Part shown: positions 1 through 9,655 of the stretch, piece by piece
How positions within the stretch are numbered: the first letter of the stretch is position 1
Layout of the letters: each line of letters starts with the position of its first letter
DNA from: a virus
Lineage: Duplodnaviria > Caudoviricetes
Length of the DNA: 34,658 bases
Virus record (IMG/VR): IMGVR_UViG_3300011402_000008
Location: 1 to 34,658 of that record
Reading direction: 5' to 3' (one strand)
Translations under genes and position numbers: made by a program
The notes under the pieces: generated by a model
Databases searched by the model: none
Seen by the model: only the letters and a program-made list of their open reading frames with translations
What the model was told of the DNA's origin: nothing

Positions 1-1372
1 CATCAGTAGGAGCAGCATCAGCAGAAAAGAAACCAGTATCTGGATCAGTAGGCCCAATAGCAGGAGGCATAGAAGCTACTGGGTTTCCTTGATCGTCAAT
101 TCCAATAGCAGGGGGCATCGCAGCAGGAGCAACAACATCTGCCGCAGTAATAGATTCAGTAGCAGTAGTATTTGTAGGAGAAAACAACGATTGCATAAGA
201 GCAAAAGTCGCAAAAGCAGTAAACGCACTCATTGGGTTCAATGCCATATTTGCAGCCGTAAAGGGACTCATGTTAGCAATAGCTGCAATAGTAGCTGGAT
301 TTCCGGCTACTCCTACCCCGGTACCACTAGAACCAGCAATCTCCGCGGGGTCTGCCGAGGGAATAGTGCTTCGTTTTCTACTGCTCGCTGGTTGTTGTGC
401 CACAGGTCTTGGCTGTGAAGCCAAATTTAATACTGGGGTTCTTTCTACTGCTGGGCGCGCCCCCATATTAGCTTTATTTCTAATTACCCCACCATCAGCG
501 TAGTTAGCAGGCTTTACTCTACCACCATCTTTGAAGAATGACCCGAAGAAGCTATAAATATCTTCAGCTCCTCCAGAATAATCAAGGAAATCACTTACAT
601 CGCTAACAGCTCCTAGATCTTCAACGCTATTAGCAAACAAATCTGCGGGGTCAAAAGCTTCTGCAAGAGAGCCGCCAATACTACTGGCATCAATGCCAGC
701 AGAAATCCCAGAATCAATTCCACCAATGGGGAAAGAAAGTCCGGCACCAGGAGTTCCTTCATTGAAAGCACCAAGATCACCAACAGGTGGTGATGTGGGA
801 GGAATACCCATTTGAGCAGAATTGTCTACATTGATGCTGCCTTCTAGCGGAGCCCCAGCAGCAGCTTCTTGTGCAGACTTAGCATCCATAGATTTGCCAA
901 GTTTATTAAGACCAAAGCCAGCTACTAGAGGCAACAGAGCATTTTTAGGCTTTCCTGGCTCAGTAGTTTTTTCTGTAGTAGTGCTCTTACTCGTATCTGC
1001 AATTTTACCAGCTGCTTGTACAGCTACTTGTTGTTGTTGAACTGCTGCCTGAGAAATAGATTGAGCCAGTGTCTGATTGAGTTGCGCCAGAGACTGCCCA
1101 AGCATTGAATTGTTTGTGGTTCTAGTACCAGTAGCGTTTGCATACTGTGTAGTAAGTCCTGGTACTTGTGCTGCTCCCTGCGCGAAAAGATTAGAAACTA
1201 ATGCTTGGAGAGCTTCTGGGTTTAACGTGGTAAGGAGTTGGGATAGAGCATCCGTATCCCCCGTAGTACGAGAAGTTTCAGTTGTCTTACTCCCTGCCCC
1301 ATACTTAAGAAAATCAAGCATATTAGGTAAGGGAGATTGATACTGAATGGGGGATACGGTTTCTCCGGCCAT
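1..1372 (-). CDS. Putative internal virion/DNA ejection protein (3'-truncated by the window edge; absent from the ORF track)
   Basis: Manual translation from the ATG at 1372 (RBS AGGAG upstream) reads MAGETVSPIQYQSPLPNMLDFLKYGAGSKTTET... and stays open to position 1. It is rich in A/G/S/T/Q, contains FKDGGRV and YADGGVI, and lies downstream of the tail and lysis genes. Confidence 0.7.
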   Translation of the reverse strand, partial: MAGETVSPIQYQSPLPNMLDFLKYGAGSKTTETSRTTGDTDALSQLLTTLNPEALQALVSNLFAQGAAQVPGLTTQYANATGTRTTNNSMLGQSLAQLNQTLAQSISQAAVQQQQVAVQAAGKIADTSKSTTTEKTTEPGKPKNALLPLVAGFGLNKLGKSMDAKSAQEAAAGAPLEGSINVDNSAQMGIPPTSPPVGDLGAFNEGTPGAGLSFPIGGIDSGISAGIDASSIGGSLAEAFDPADLFANSVEDLGAVSDVSDFLDYSGGAEDIYSFFGSFFKDGGRVKPANYADGGVIRNKANMGARPAVERTPVLNLASQPRPVAQQPASSRKRSTIPSADPAEIAGSSGTGVGVAGNPATIAAIANMSPFTAANMALNPMSAFTAFATFALMQSLFSPTNTTATESITAADVVAPAAMPPAIGIDDQGNPVASMPPAIGPTDPDTGFFSADAAPTD

Positions 1373-1387
1373 GATTTACTCCTAGTT

Positions 1388-1600
1388 TTACGAGTGTAGC
1401 CGCTTTTGTAAATCTTCACGAATAGTCTTTAATTCATCCCACGCAGAATCTGGAATAGATTCACCAGAATCTTGCGCAGTTTGAACTACAGACTTTACAT
1501 TGGCTAGGTAGCCACTAATATCTTGACCTGCTGCAAGCATTTTTGGGATAATGTCCAAAGCTTGCATTGCATAGCCAATAATTCCTAGAAGTTTATCCAT
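1388..1600 (-). CDS. Hypothetical protein (lysis-cassette neighbour)
   Basis: 70-aa ORF with RBS GGAG, tightly packed in the operon. Confidence 0.6.
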   Translation of the reverse strand: MDKLLGIIGYAMQALDIIPKMLAAGQDISGYLANVKSVVQTAQDSGESIPDSAWDELKTIREDLQKRLHS

Positions 1601-1610
1601 GCATTTCTCC

Positions 1611-1973
1611 TTATTTGCGTTCGATAGTTGCTACAATTGTTTGGAAAGCAACAAGAGCAGCATTGGCGGCAGAAATTGCGCTGTCAACAATATTCTTACC
1701 AAATCCAGGAGTACGTACAGCTGATTCAGCAGCAGACAGAGCAGTATCAGTTACTTTGTCTGCGAGCTGAAGTTGAGTTACTACTACTTTATCTGAGCAG
1801 GGCTGTACTTTGGGTGTTGCACATGGCTTAAGTTCTTTGTACTCTACTGCGGCACGAAGCACAACGTTCTGAGTACCCCGCATTTGAAAGACAGTTTGCT
1901 CTGGATTTTGGGGATTAATAGCACATCCAGAAGTGAGAACTAGAAAGCTAAAAATTGCAAAAAATTTCTTCAT
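1611..1973 (-). CDS. Lipoprotein (possible spanin-like lysis accessory)
   Basis: MKK + hydrophobic stretch + lipobox-like LTSG-C; AGGAG RBS; close to the putative endolysin. Confidence 0.6.
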   Translation of the reverse strand: MKKFFAIFSFLVLTSGCAINPQNPEQTVFQMRGTQNVVLRAAVEYKELKPCATPKVQPCSDKVVVTQLQLADKVTDTALSAAESAVRTPGFGKNIVDSAISAANAALVAFQTIVATIERK

Positions 1974-2000
1974 ATGTTTCTCCTAAGAAAGAACAGTTTA

Positions 2001-2183
2001 CTATCTCCAGAACCTACCATGATGCCATGTCGTATTACCTTCACCGCCAAAAAACCACAGTACTAATACTACAACTATGATTACCCATATGATTTGTGGC
2101 GGGGGTGTTGCAGGCCCAGTTCCTAATTGGCCTGTAATCCATAGAACTAAAAGAATCAGCACTAGCAACGCAAGTAGACTCAT
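2001..2183 (-). CDS. Small two-TM membrane protein (holin candidate)
   Basis: 60 aa with two hydrophobic segments; GGAGG RBS; immediately downstream of the peptidase. Confidence 0.5.
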   Translation of the reverse strand: MSLLALLVLILLVLWITGQLGTGPATPPPQIIWVIIVVVLVLWFFGGEGNTTWHHGRFWR

Positions 2184-2191
2184 GATTCCTC

Positions 2192-2509
2192 CTAAGGTTT
2201 AGGATCATACTCTACATGAATATGTTCGTTGTCCTTGCCTTCTTCTTCTAGAACTACATCAAAATTCTTGCCAAGAGCAGCTTTGAGTAATGCAAGAAGA
2301 ACAAGTTTGTCGCCTTTGTAGTCTTTAGTTCTAAAGTCTACGGCGCAGCCTTTACCATGCTTTGTACCAACACCATGTTTTCCATCATCTATGCTAGTAA
2401 TGGTACAATTTGCGGAATGGCTAGCATAAACTCTCTCTACAATCATGATACCTAAAACCATCTGCGGAGTAAGTTTATCAATCTTTACTCCAGGCTTAAT
2501 GAATAGCAT
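2192..2509 (-). CDS. Peptidase M15-like (Hedgehog/DD-peptidase fold) endolysin candidate
   Basis: ITS..DGKH...KHGKGCAVDFR (H-x6-D) and the C-terminal HIHVE Zn-ligand motif. Confidence 0.7.
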   Translation of the reverse strand: MLFIKPGVKIDKLTPQMVLGIMIVERVYASHSANCTITSIDDGKHGVGTKHGKGCAVDFRTKDYKGDKLVLLALLKAALGKNFDVVLEEEGKDNEHIHVEYDPKP

Positions 2510-2552
2510 AGTTGTAGTCTACAGATAGATAGTTATTTATGCTAGTGGGGAA

Positions 2553-2924
2553 TCACGCAACGCCAATCTCACCTTCACCTTCAATTGTCAGGGAAGCAGC
2601 AGCAGATGCAACACCAGTAAAGAAATCGGCAGTATCAAGTCTCACGGCGCCATACCAATCCACATAACTATTGGCAGGAATGGAAAGACCAGTACCAATA
2701 AATTCAGTGCCTGCCACAGACCCACCAGTAGCACCAATGTAACCAGAGAAAGTAACAGCCCCCGCAGTCTTGTTGAGGATGCGGATGTGACGCATAATGA
2801 CGTAACTGGCGGTGCTGAGCGAGGGAGGATTTACTCCGCCAGAAAGAATAGGTGGATTAAAAAGGTTGCCTACTGCGTTAGGAACTGCAATAGGGCCAAA
2901 ACGAACTGATTTGTTAGCAGCCAT
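2553..2924 (-). CDS. Putative small virion structural protein
   Basis: 123-aa beta-rich, G/A/T-rich ORF in the structural operon; AGGAG RBS. Confidence 0.5.
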   Translation of the reverse strand: MAANKSVRFGPIAVPNAVGNLFNPPILSGGVNPPSLSTASYVIMRHIRILNKTAGAVTFSGYIGATGGSVAGTEFIGTGLSIPANSYVDWYGAVRLDTADFFTGVASAAASLTIEGEGEIGVA

Positions 2925-2946
2925 GAGAGGCTCTCCTTATGAAATT

Positions 2947-3567
2947 TTAGAATCTGACTCGCACTGAAACTTGTTCAACTACCCAAGCGCCAGAAGCTCC
3001 TGGGTTTACAGAAAGTCCTACGTACTGTCCTTGTACAGCAGAAGCATCGAATGCGGCTGAAGTGCCACCAACGAGAGAAAATCCTGCTGGTGTGTTAGCA
3101 AATCCAGTAGCAGCCAGATTGTGCTGTAGATATACAAGACCGCGAATAACACACGCAGCTCCTGCTACACGCACAGTATAGAGACAACGAATGTATGCGG
3201 TGTCTGCAGCAGCAGTCTGCGCCGGGCCAGTAATGGAGAGGCGAGAAGTATCTGCTACAGTTTGGTTAGGGCCAATACGCAACTGGTAAATTGGTGTAGC
3301 AGTACCAGCAGCTCCTTTAGTAGCAGTAAATATCCACTCCAAGTTCATTCCAGCTTGCAGTCCGAATTGAGGAAGCTGAATTCCTTGGTAGTACGTGTCT
3401 GCGGAGTGAGATGCAATCTGGGTTACACGATCCGTGAACATATCTCCGGCAAAAAGGCCAGTAGAAAGTCTCTGTAGCCACTGTTTGTTACTTCCGTCAA
3501 AGCCAGCTCTTCCGAATCCAGCGGAAGGAGTAGATAGACTTTCTTCTGCAATTGTAATTTTACCCAT
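2947..3567 (-). CDS. Putative virion/tail accessory protein
   Basis: 206-aa A/G/T-rich ORF whose start overlaps the stop of the upstream gene. Confidence 0.5.
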   Translation of the reverse strand: MGKITIAEESLSTPSAGFGRAGFDGSNKQWLQRLSTGLFAGDMFTDRVTQIASHSADTYYQGIQLPQFGLQAGMNLEWIFTATKGAAGTATPIYQLRIGPNQTVADTSRLSITGPAQTAAADTAYIRCLYTVRVAGAACVIRGLVYLQHNLAATGFANTPAGFSLVGGTSAAFDASAVQGQYVGLSVNPGASGAWVVEQVSVRVRF

Positions 3568-4286
3568 TAGAGTATCACCAAGGTAGAATTGCCATTTAGG
3601 GTAACTTCGTTTGTACCACTAATGATACATTCAAAGCCCATCATAACGTAGTCTCCGTCTGCTACGTCAAAAGTACCGGGATCGTAAGATCCTTCAAATG
3701 GGTCAGTGCCACCACCGCCACCGCCAGCATCTCCCTTATCTCCTTTTGGCCCAGGAACTATGTCTGGTTCAGAAATCTCCACTTCTGCCAAATACATTGT
3801 AGTAGTTACTGATTGTGTTCCTGCTGGCCCCTGCCCACCTTGAAGTCCGGCAGGGCCAGGAATCAACATTGGCTCATCTGGAATTTCTGCTTCTAAAAGT
3901 ATTGTATAACCATCGCGTCCAGCAGTACCAATTCCATTCGTACCATCCAGCCCTCGTGCTCCTGGAATGGGAAAAACTTCTTCAGGATCGTCAGGTTGGA
4001 GAAAGAATACAGTAGTAGCAAAGGTAGTAATTCCATCATTACCTTGAAGTCCTTGGAGTCCACGAACTCCTGGAATCATCATTGGTTCTTCAGCATCTAT
4101 TCCATCAATGCCGGGAACTGTAGGAGAAGCAATTGATGCGCCACCAGCAGCAGCTACGATGGCAGCTTCAAGAGAAGCGTATGGAATTCTATACGTTATA
4201 TTTGCACGTTCAAAGACGTAATCATCCCCTGCTTGTGGAGGACTTCCATCTGCAAATCCTGATATTGGTTTCGGGCCGGATGGCAT
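3567..4286 (-). CDS. Collagen-like (Gly-X-Y) fibre protein
   Basis: Short GXY runs (GVRGLQGLQGNDG, GARGLDGTNG, GPAGLQGGQGPAG, GPKGDKGDAG) separated by acidic and hydrophobic spacers. Confidence 0.7.
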   Translation of the reverse strand: MPSGPKPISGFADGSPPQAGDDYVFERANITYRIPYASLEAAIVAAAGGASIASPTVPGIDGIDAEEPMMIPGVRGLQGLQGNDGITTFATTVFFLQPDDPEEVFPIPGARGLDGTNGIGTAGRDGYTILLEAEIPDEPMLIPGPAGLQGGQGPAGTQSVTTTMYLAEVEISEPDIVPGPKGDKGDAGGGGGGTDPFEGSYDPGTFDVADGDYVMMGFECIISGTNEVTLNGNSTLVIL

Positions 4287-4292
4287 AAGAAG

Positions 4293-4592
4293 TTATGGAG
4301 TTAACGTACCTTGCATGATTGCATCAAGAGAACTACCACTACCTCCACCGCCCCCACCACCAGCTACTTGGCGCGTTTCTCCTCCAAATACGGCAGCGTA
4401 AAAGGCTTCCATGAAAGCATCAGCTTCAATAGATACATCATCTTGCTCATCTGGCTCCAGTAAATCTTCTTTAGGTTCAGCTTTTTCTCCACCGCCAACT
4501 ACAATGATGGTAAATTCTTTTTCTGGAGCAGCAGTAAGAAGTGCTGCAATTATTTCGTCAATTTGGGAAGCTGAAGTTTGTTCCATGGGCAA
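4293..4592 (-). CDS. Hypothetical acidic protein
   Basis: 99-aa ORF filling the gap between co-directional genes; poly-Gly tract. Confidence 0.5.
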   Translation of the reverse strand: MPMEQTSASQIDEIIAALLTAAPEKEFTIIVVGGGEKAEPKEDLLEPDEQDDVSIEADAFMEAFYAAVFGGETRQVAGGGGGGGSGSSLDAIMQGTLTP

Positions 4593-4595
4593 CTT

Positions 4596-5384
4596 TTATA
4601 TGAAATGTGCAAAAGGGTCACTAGTGGCAGATACTGTCCAAACTTCTCCCGTAGCAGAAATAAATGAACTAACCCAGCGAGAAGCAAATCTTGGCTCAAA
4701 TTTAGCAACTACTGGGCCATCTATACCATTACGAATTTCTGCGTGGAAGAAATTGCCAGCTGCATTTTGATTAACACCGCCATCAAGACTCCCCAGTATA
4801 ACTGAGTCTGTTCCATCTCTTATGTTAGTTACTCCTGCAGTAATTATGTCAGTGCCGAGTTGACCCCACGTTATTCCATCGTCTGATGTGTAGAATCGTA
4901 CTGTACTACCTTCTGCGCCATTATCAACATCGAAGGTTACGCGTGCCCAGTTCAGTGCGTTATCAGCAAATCCTGTAGGAACAGTTGAAAATTTACCGCC
5001 AGTAAATGTACCAGCAGCGTCGAACCAAAACCAACCTAAAGTACCATTGCTAGCTAAAACAAAGCCCCATGATTGATTACTGTTTGATTTTGCAATGATC
5101 GATTTTTGGACTGCTGGAGTCCAATCTACCATTGCTACTCTTACTCTGATATCAATATCTCCCACAATAGATATAGCAGGAGAATCTGGCGTACTTGCAT
5201 AATTTCCTGTTGTACCAGGCAAAAACAGCGCGCTGACAAACCCCGGAACATTACCTCTGCCCAGCATAAAACGCGCGTCATGGTTGTCTGTACGAAAAAT
5301 ACGCGCAAGATTTTCTGGAAGAGAAAATTCCTCTTCTTGATTTTTCTTAAGTTTCCCTCTCAAAAATGCTGTCTGAAGTGGCAT
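4596..5384 (-). CDS. LamG/concanavalin-like domain tail or receptor-binding protein
   Basis: Segment GNYASTPDSPAISIVGDIDIRVRVAMVDWTP...WARVTFDVDNG resembles ConA/LamG-like jelly-roll domains of phage minor tail proteins (recognised by eye). Confidence 0.55.
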   Translation of the reverse strand: MPLQTAFLRGKLKKNQEEEFSLPENLARIFRTDNHDARFMLGRGNVPGFVSALFLPGTTGNYASTPDSPAISIVGDIDIRVRVAMVDWTPAVQKSIIAKSNSNQSWGFVLASNGTLGWFWFDAAGTFTGGKFSTVPTGFADNALNWARVTFDVDNGAEGSTVRFYTSDDGITWGQLGTDIITAGVTNIRDGTDSVILGSLDGGVNQNAAGNFFHAEIRNGIDGPVVAKFEPRFASRWVSSFISATGEVWTVSATSDPFAHFI

Positions 5385-5401
5385 AAAAAATTCAACTTTT
5401 T

Positions 5402-5971
5402 TCAGTGTTGCACAAAATAAGAATCAAGATTAGAAATAAGTTGGCTAGAACTTACCGCCCAACCTACTACTTGTTCGATGTTTCCAGCAGCTACCGGAGG
5501 AGCGTTAGTAATTGCCCCCGCAGTAGTACTTAACCAATGTCTCCCAGGAACTCCCATTCCCGAAATTCCTGAAATGAGCCCTCTAGTCTTAATCATAACG
5601 TAATCTCCAATTGCAAAACTCCCTGGGCTTTCTACAAATCCACAACACCACCGAGTATTGTTTGTCGCATTAGCTAAACGAACTTGAACAGTCGTAGAAA
5701 GAACAGGACTAACAGCTTGTCCATACGACACAGCTTCTGTACATTTAAGATACAATCTATTGAGATTTCCATCAAGGAATGTGTCTGCGATACCTAGCTG
5801 ACTCCACATATCCTGAGGATAATCATCTACTCCAGTGTATTGGCTAATGAATCGTTCAAGATTATGAATGGCACTGTATACGCTGTAGAAATGCATCCAA
5901 AGTTCTGGAGGCACTCCTTCTGGAGTTTGAGGCAATCCAGTAATTATCTTGCTTTCGTTAACGTGAGCCAT
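5402..5971 (-). CDS. Putative tail/virion structural protein (likely start MAHVNES at 5971)
   Basis: The ATG overlaps the end of the 533-aa gene; the C-terminal part (GRHWLSTTAGAITNAPP..GNIEQVVGWAVS) resembles small virion beta-modules. Confidence 0.55.
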   Translation of the reverse strand: MAHVNESKIITGLPQTPEGVPPELWMHFYSVYSAIHNLERFISQYTGVDDYPQDMWSQLGIADTFLDGNLNRLYLKCTEAVSYGQAVSPVLSTTVQVRLANATNNTRWCCGFVESPGSFAIGDYVMIKTRGLISGISGMGVPGRHWLSTTAGAITNAPPVAAGNIEQVVGWAVSSSQLISNLDSYFVQH

Positions 5972-7559
5972 GCCGAGTAGTTGTAAATATAGCTGTTGAA
6001 AGTTCGAAAGTTCCAACAGCAAGTAAAGAGATATTTACTCCAGTTCTAGCTGCTCCATGCATACCGGGAGCAGGAGCGGGAGCACCATACTTTACAACTT
6101 TTCTTCCAGCACCAGCTGACAATTCAGTAAGTTGTGCTGGTGCATTGTTAGTTTTCCCGTCGGGGGAAATAAGTAAGTATACTTGTGCTGGGTAGGCTTG
6201 ATGCTCTCCTTCAAGCTCTACACTTTGGAATGTAGTCAACTTGCCCCTAGAAAGTTGATACCGTCCCAAAAGAAGTACTCCCTCATTCTGGCGCTCACGG
6301 TAATCCATAATGAGAAGATCAACTTGTCCAGAACTTTTGAGAAACCCAACACTACGTTTTGGGGGAGTTTCAGTAACGGTACCAATAATGTTAGGGTATG
6401 GGTAGAAAAAACAATCTACATGATCTACTCTAAGCTTCCCCCATCTCTTAAGTCCTAGATCATACACCAATGCATGAGTATAAAGTTGTGGAAGCTCAGA
6501 CAAACGTCCGTAAGAAATGACAAGGTAACGTCCGCTGATGCAAGTAATTTTTACCTTCAGATCATCGTTGAGTCGTTGAGATGTTAGTGTCAGTGTCGTG
6601 ATATCAAATTCTTCCCAAATGCGCCCAGCAAGGAAATCCATCGCGGCGTTTGAAAGTGCCTCAGCACTGTTGATGCTAATTTTCTGTAGTCCGTTGGTCG
6701 TCCATGCGTAATGGAATCCGAGCGAGGCTTCAAGACTTACTTGCTCAGGGCTGAGTATCCCACCAGCATTAGAGATTTCACGGAATACAAATGGCGCCCG
6801 AGCATTGTTCGTATACAACGCAGCTACTGCGTTCTTTGTAGTGTAAATTACAAAGCCACCCGAAATGGGTATTACTGCGCGAGCAATACCTTTCATATCT
6901 TGTGGGATTGCGAATCCTGCACCAGTGTTGATAGACGGAGTAAAATCTGTTGGGTCTACGAGACTAGACCAAAATACAGTAATCCCAACAACTGCAATGA
7001 GATAGTTGTTGGAAGAGCCAATTACATCAATGTCGGAAGCTACAATTCCAGTAAGAGCCACTGGAAAGAAAGTATTTGCAGAAGTATTGTATTCGTACAT
7101 TCCAAACTTTTCGTATTGTACAAAAGTTCGCCCATTTACATACGCACGAGATACTATGCGATATTGATTTGGCCATCCAGTAAAAGGATTTGTAGAAACC
7201 CAATTACCTGTGTTAGCTTTGTAAATGTAATTAGTTCCGCGTGCAGGCACAAGAATAAAATTGTTTTCATCTACATCACGAAGAACAATTGCCTGATCAA
7301 AATTAGCTACCGGAGGATCAAATGCTGATATTACTTGAGAATATCCAATACTCATTAATCCTTCCGACGTAGGAAGAACATTCTGACAATAGTAATGTTG
7401 CGCAAGTTTTTGAACATTACTTTGTAAATCAATGGTGCTATCCTTTGGACTTCTGACTAGCTGATCGTATCCAGGAACAATTACACTTCTCTGAAAAAAA
7501 TCAGACACGAAAGGAAACTCAGCTGCGTTAAGAAGAGCTGTAAATGTTTCGTAGGCCAT
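5958..7559 (-). CDS. Tail tubular/nozzle (stabilization-type) protein
   Basis: 533 aa, beta-propeller-like pattern (NNYLIAV..ITVFWSSLVDPTDF); position typical of a podovirus nozzle gene. Confidence 0.6.
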   Translation of the reverse strand: MAYETFTALLNAAEFPFVSDFFQRSVIVPGYDQLVRSPKDSTIDLQSNVQKLAQHYYCQNVLPTSEGLMSIGYSQVISAFDPPVANFDQAIVLRDVDENNFILVPARGTNYIYKANTGNWVSTNPFTGWPNQYRIVSRAYVNGRTFVQYEKFGMYEYNTSANTFFPVALTGIVASDIDVIGSSNNYLIAVVGITVFWSSLVDPTDFTPSINTGAGFAIPQDMKGIARAVIPISGGFVIYTTKNAVAALYTNNARAPFVFREISNAGGILSPEQVSLEASLGFHYAWTTNGLQKISINSAEALSNAAMDFLAGRIWEEFDITTLTLTSQRLNDDLKVKITCISGRYLVISYGRLSELPQLYTHALVYDLGLKRWGKLRVDHVDCFFYPYPNIIGTVTETPPKRSVGFLKSSGQVDLLIMDYRERQNEGVLLLGRYQLSRGKLTTFQSVELEGEHQAYPAQVYLLISPDGKTNNAPAQLTELSAGAGRKVVKYGAPAPAPGMHGAARTGVNISLLAVGTFELSTAIFTTTRHGSR

Positions 7560-7565
7560 AGAAAC

Positions 7566-7850
7566 TTACGGCAAAGTATCCCATGCAGCTTTGAATGCTG
7601 CTTTCAATTGTGCTGGCGTCTTGCCATTCCATGTAGCTACTACAAGACCAAGTGCCTTCAATGCTTTCTCTATGTTGTCTACGTCGGAGAAATCAGTCGG
7701 CGCAGGTTCCGGATCAGCAGGTTGTGGAATATTGTCTAACGTTAGCCATTCTTGGTATTTTCGCCAATCGCGGTTGCGCGGGTTGTTGGGGATGCTCGCG
7801 CTATCGGCCAAACGGAGAACGGCGTCAGAGTTTCGAAGAAGTTTGTACAT
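7566..7850 (-). CDS. Tail-fibre-associated/assembly protein
   Basis: Motif IPNNPRNRDWRKYQEWL, typical of small genes just downstream of tail fibres. Confidence 0.6.
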   Translation of the reverse strand: MYKLLRNSDAVLRLADSASIPNNPRNRDWRKYQEWLTLDNIPQPADPEPAPTDFSDVDNIEKALKALGLVVATWNGKTPAQLKAAFKAAWDTLP

Positions 7851-7852
7851 GG

Positions 7853-9640
7853 CTATAGCTCCGCAGCAAAGGTTAGGCGAGCGTTTGCATTGGCGCCAAC
7901 AAGGAGGATCGCATTCGCCGCAACAAACGGTGTCGTGGACACATCCAGCGTTATAACTGCGCTCTCCGTGCCCAAGTTGGATGCGCTTATGGCCGACCCC
8001 GTGCCGGTTGCTGCGCCTGTCGTTGCAGTAAAGTCGCTGGCCGCGCTGGCGGTAAACGTAGGGACGCCCCGCATCCGGACAGGGAATGACCCGACCACCA
8101 ATGCTGAGTTGTTGTCTGCTGCGCTACCTGACCACCCCGTCGCCGCATCAGCGTCGCCGTCGGAGTTCCACACCCATGCGTAGCGCAGGCACTGAGCCAG
8201 TTCATCCTGATATGAGCGCCGCTCAAACGCTGTCGCCACTGTTCCACGCTCTAGTTGTGCGAAGTCGAAATCTAATGTAAAATTCTGTGCTGCTGTACCT
8301 TCTGTCCACACAAATACAATTAAATTGTTGAACGTTGACCCAAGTGCAACAGTTAGGGCTGCAAGCGAAGTCCAGACATTTGCAGCTGGAGTTATGGCCC
8401 CCACTGCTAGGGGGGTGATGTTGGCATCAACAAAAAATTTAGCCGCTCCATCCGTGTAATCGACAGAAGTCCAATCATTCACTACATCGCTAGTTACAGC
8501 GTCTTCAGTACCTGACCAACCAAGAATTGCGTATCTGATTGCTTGCGATGTTGAAGCCCTGATGCGCGGAACAAACGTGCCAGACTGCCCGCGTAAATCC
8601 TTGCAATTTTTGCCCTCAATGATCTGTGCGAAGCCGAATCGTTGCGCTGCCGCCTGAGATTGCGTGATTCTTACACCGCGAGGAAATCCATCTTCTGGAT
8701 CTGTTAACACCGAAGGTAAAACTGTACCTGTTTGAGTAAGTACATACCACCTATCCGCAAAATATGTATCATCAGCCGTGGCCACAATTGTACGCTGATA
8801 AACGTTACCAGCAGGATTAATAAGACGGTTTCTAAATCCACTATTTTCATCAACCCATGCTGGTGTAGTTGCTCCTGCGTTTACTTGAAGCTTTTGTCCA
8901 GATGTTCCAATACCTAAACGTGCAGTAGCCCCTCCACCTAAACCAATAAGAAGGTCTCCTGGATTAGTCAATATCCCCGTGTTAGCTGCACGTTGAAATC
9001 CAACCATTGTCCAATACGCGGAAGCATCATTAGTTTTTCTCCAGCGTACAATATCTTTATCTGCCAGTGAGATATTTGAAGACCCAAGAAGATTAAGACT
9101 TACTGCATCATGTGTAAGCGATAGGCTACCACCAGTAATGACGAAGATAGTCTCTATCTCTGTACCAGCAGGAATAGTAGCGCCACCAAGAGACGTAATT
9201 GCCTTAGTACCCGCTGCATTTGTAATGTTTACTACGTTGCCAGTTACCCCTGCAAGATCGGTAATTCCAGCAACCGCAGAAATATCAGCAGCAAAATCTT
9301 CTTGAATCATTTTGCTGTTCATCTTGAGGTCTACAGAAAGACTGTAGAGTGTATTGCTTAACAATGCCCTAAGAACTCCACCAGTAGCCCATGCAAGTGT
9401 ATCAGCAGCAGATCTATACATTCCAGTATCTAAGTCACCTTCAAAAGCGTAACTAGGAGCACCAACAGCTCCTACAGGAACATAAAACTGTCCTGTAGTG
9501 TTATTGAATTTAGCGTCCTTGTACTGAAGTTCTGTGGCAGCAGCATTCATCCCAAGAAGTTGGTATGCTGTACCAAGTAATGTCTCTATTGGCAAAGAGA
9601 ATGTACTGCCACCAACTACTGCCCAGACATTAGCGCCCAT
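7853..9640 (-). CDS. Tail fibre protein
   Basis: 595 aa with recurrent fibre motifs: APSYAFEGDLDTGMYR, GDLLIG...RLGIGTSGQKL, FRNRLINP..NVYQR..YFADRW, QLERGTVATAFERR...ELAQCLRY. Confidence 0.8.
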   Translation of the reverse strand: MGANVWAVVGGSTFSLPIETLLGTAYQLLGMNAAATELQYKDAKFNNTTGQFYVPVGAVGAPSYAFEGDLDTGMYRSAADTLAWATGGVLRALLSNTLYSLSVDLKMNSKMIQEDFAADISAVAGITDLAGVTGNVVNITNAAGTKAITSLGGATIPAGTEIETIFVITGGSLSLTHDAVSLNLLGSSNISLADKDIVRWRKTNDASAYWTMVGFQRAANTGILTNPGDLLIGLGGGATARLGIGTSGQKLQVNAGATTPAWVDENSGFRNRLINPAGNVYQRTIVATADDTYFADRWYVLTQTGTVLPSVLTDPEDGFPRGVRITQSQAAAQRFGFAQIIEGKNCKDLRGQSGTFVPRIRASTSQAIRYAILGWSGTEDAVTSDVVNDWTSVDYTDGAAKFFVDANITPLAVGAITPAANVWTSLAALTVALGSTFNNLIVFVWTEGTAAQNFTLDFDFAQLERGTVATAFERRSYQDELAQCLRYAWVWNSDGDADAATGWSGSAADNNSALVVGSFPVRMRGVPTFTASAASDFTATTGAATGTGSAISASNLGTESAVITLDVSTTPFVAANAILLVGANANARLTFAAEL

Positions 9641-9655
9641 GGGAAATCCTCTAGT

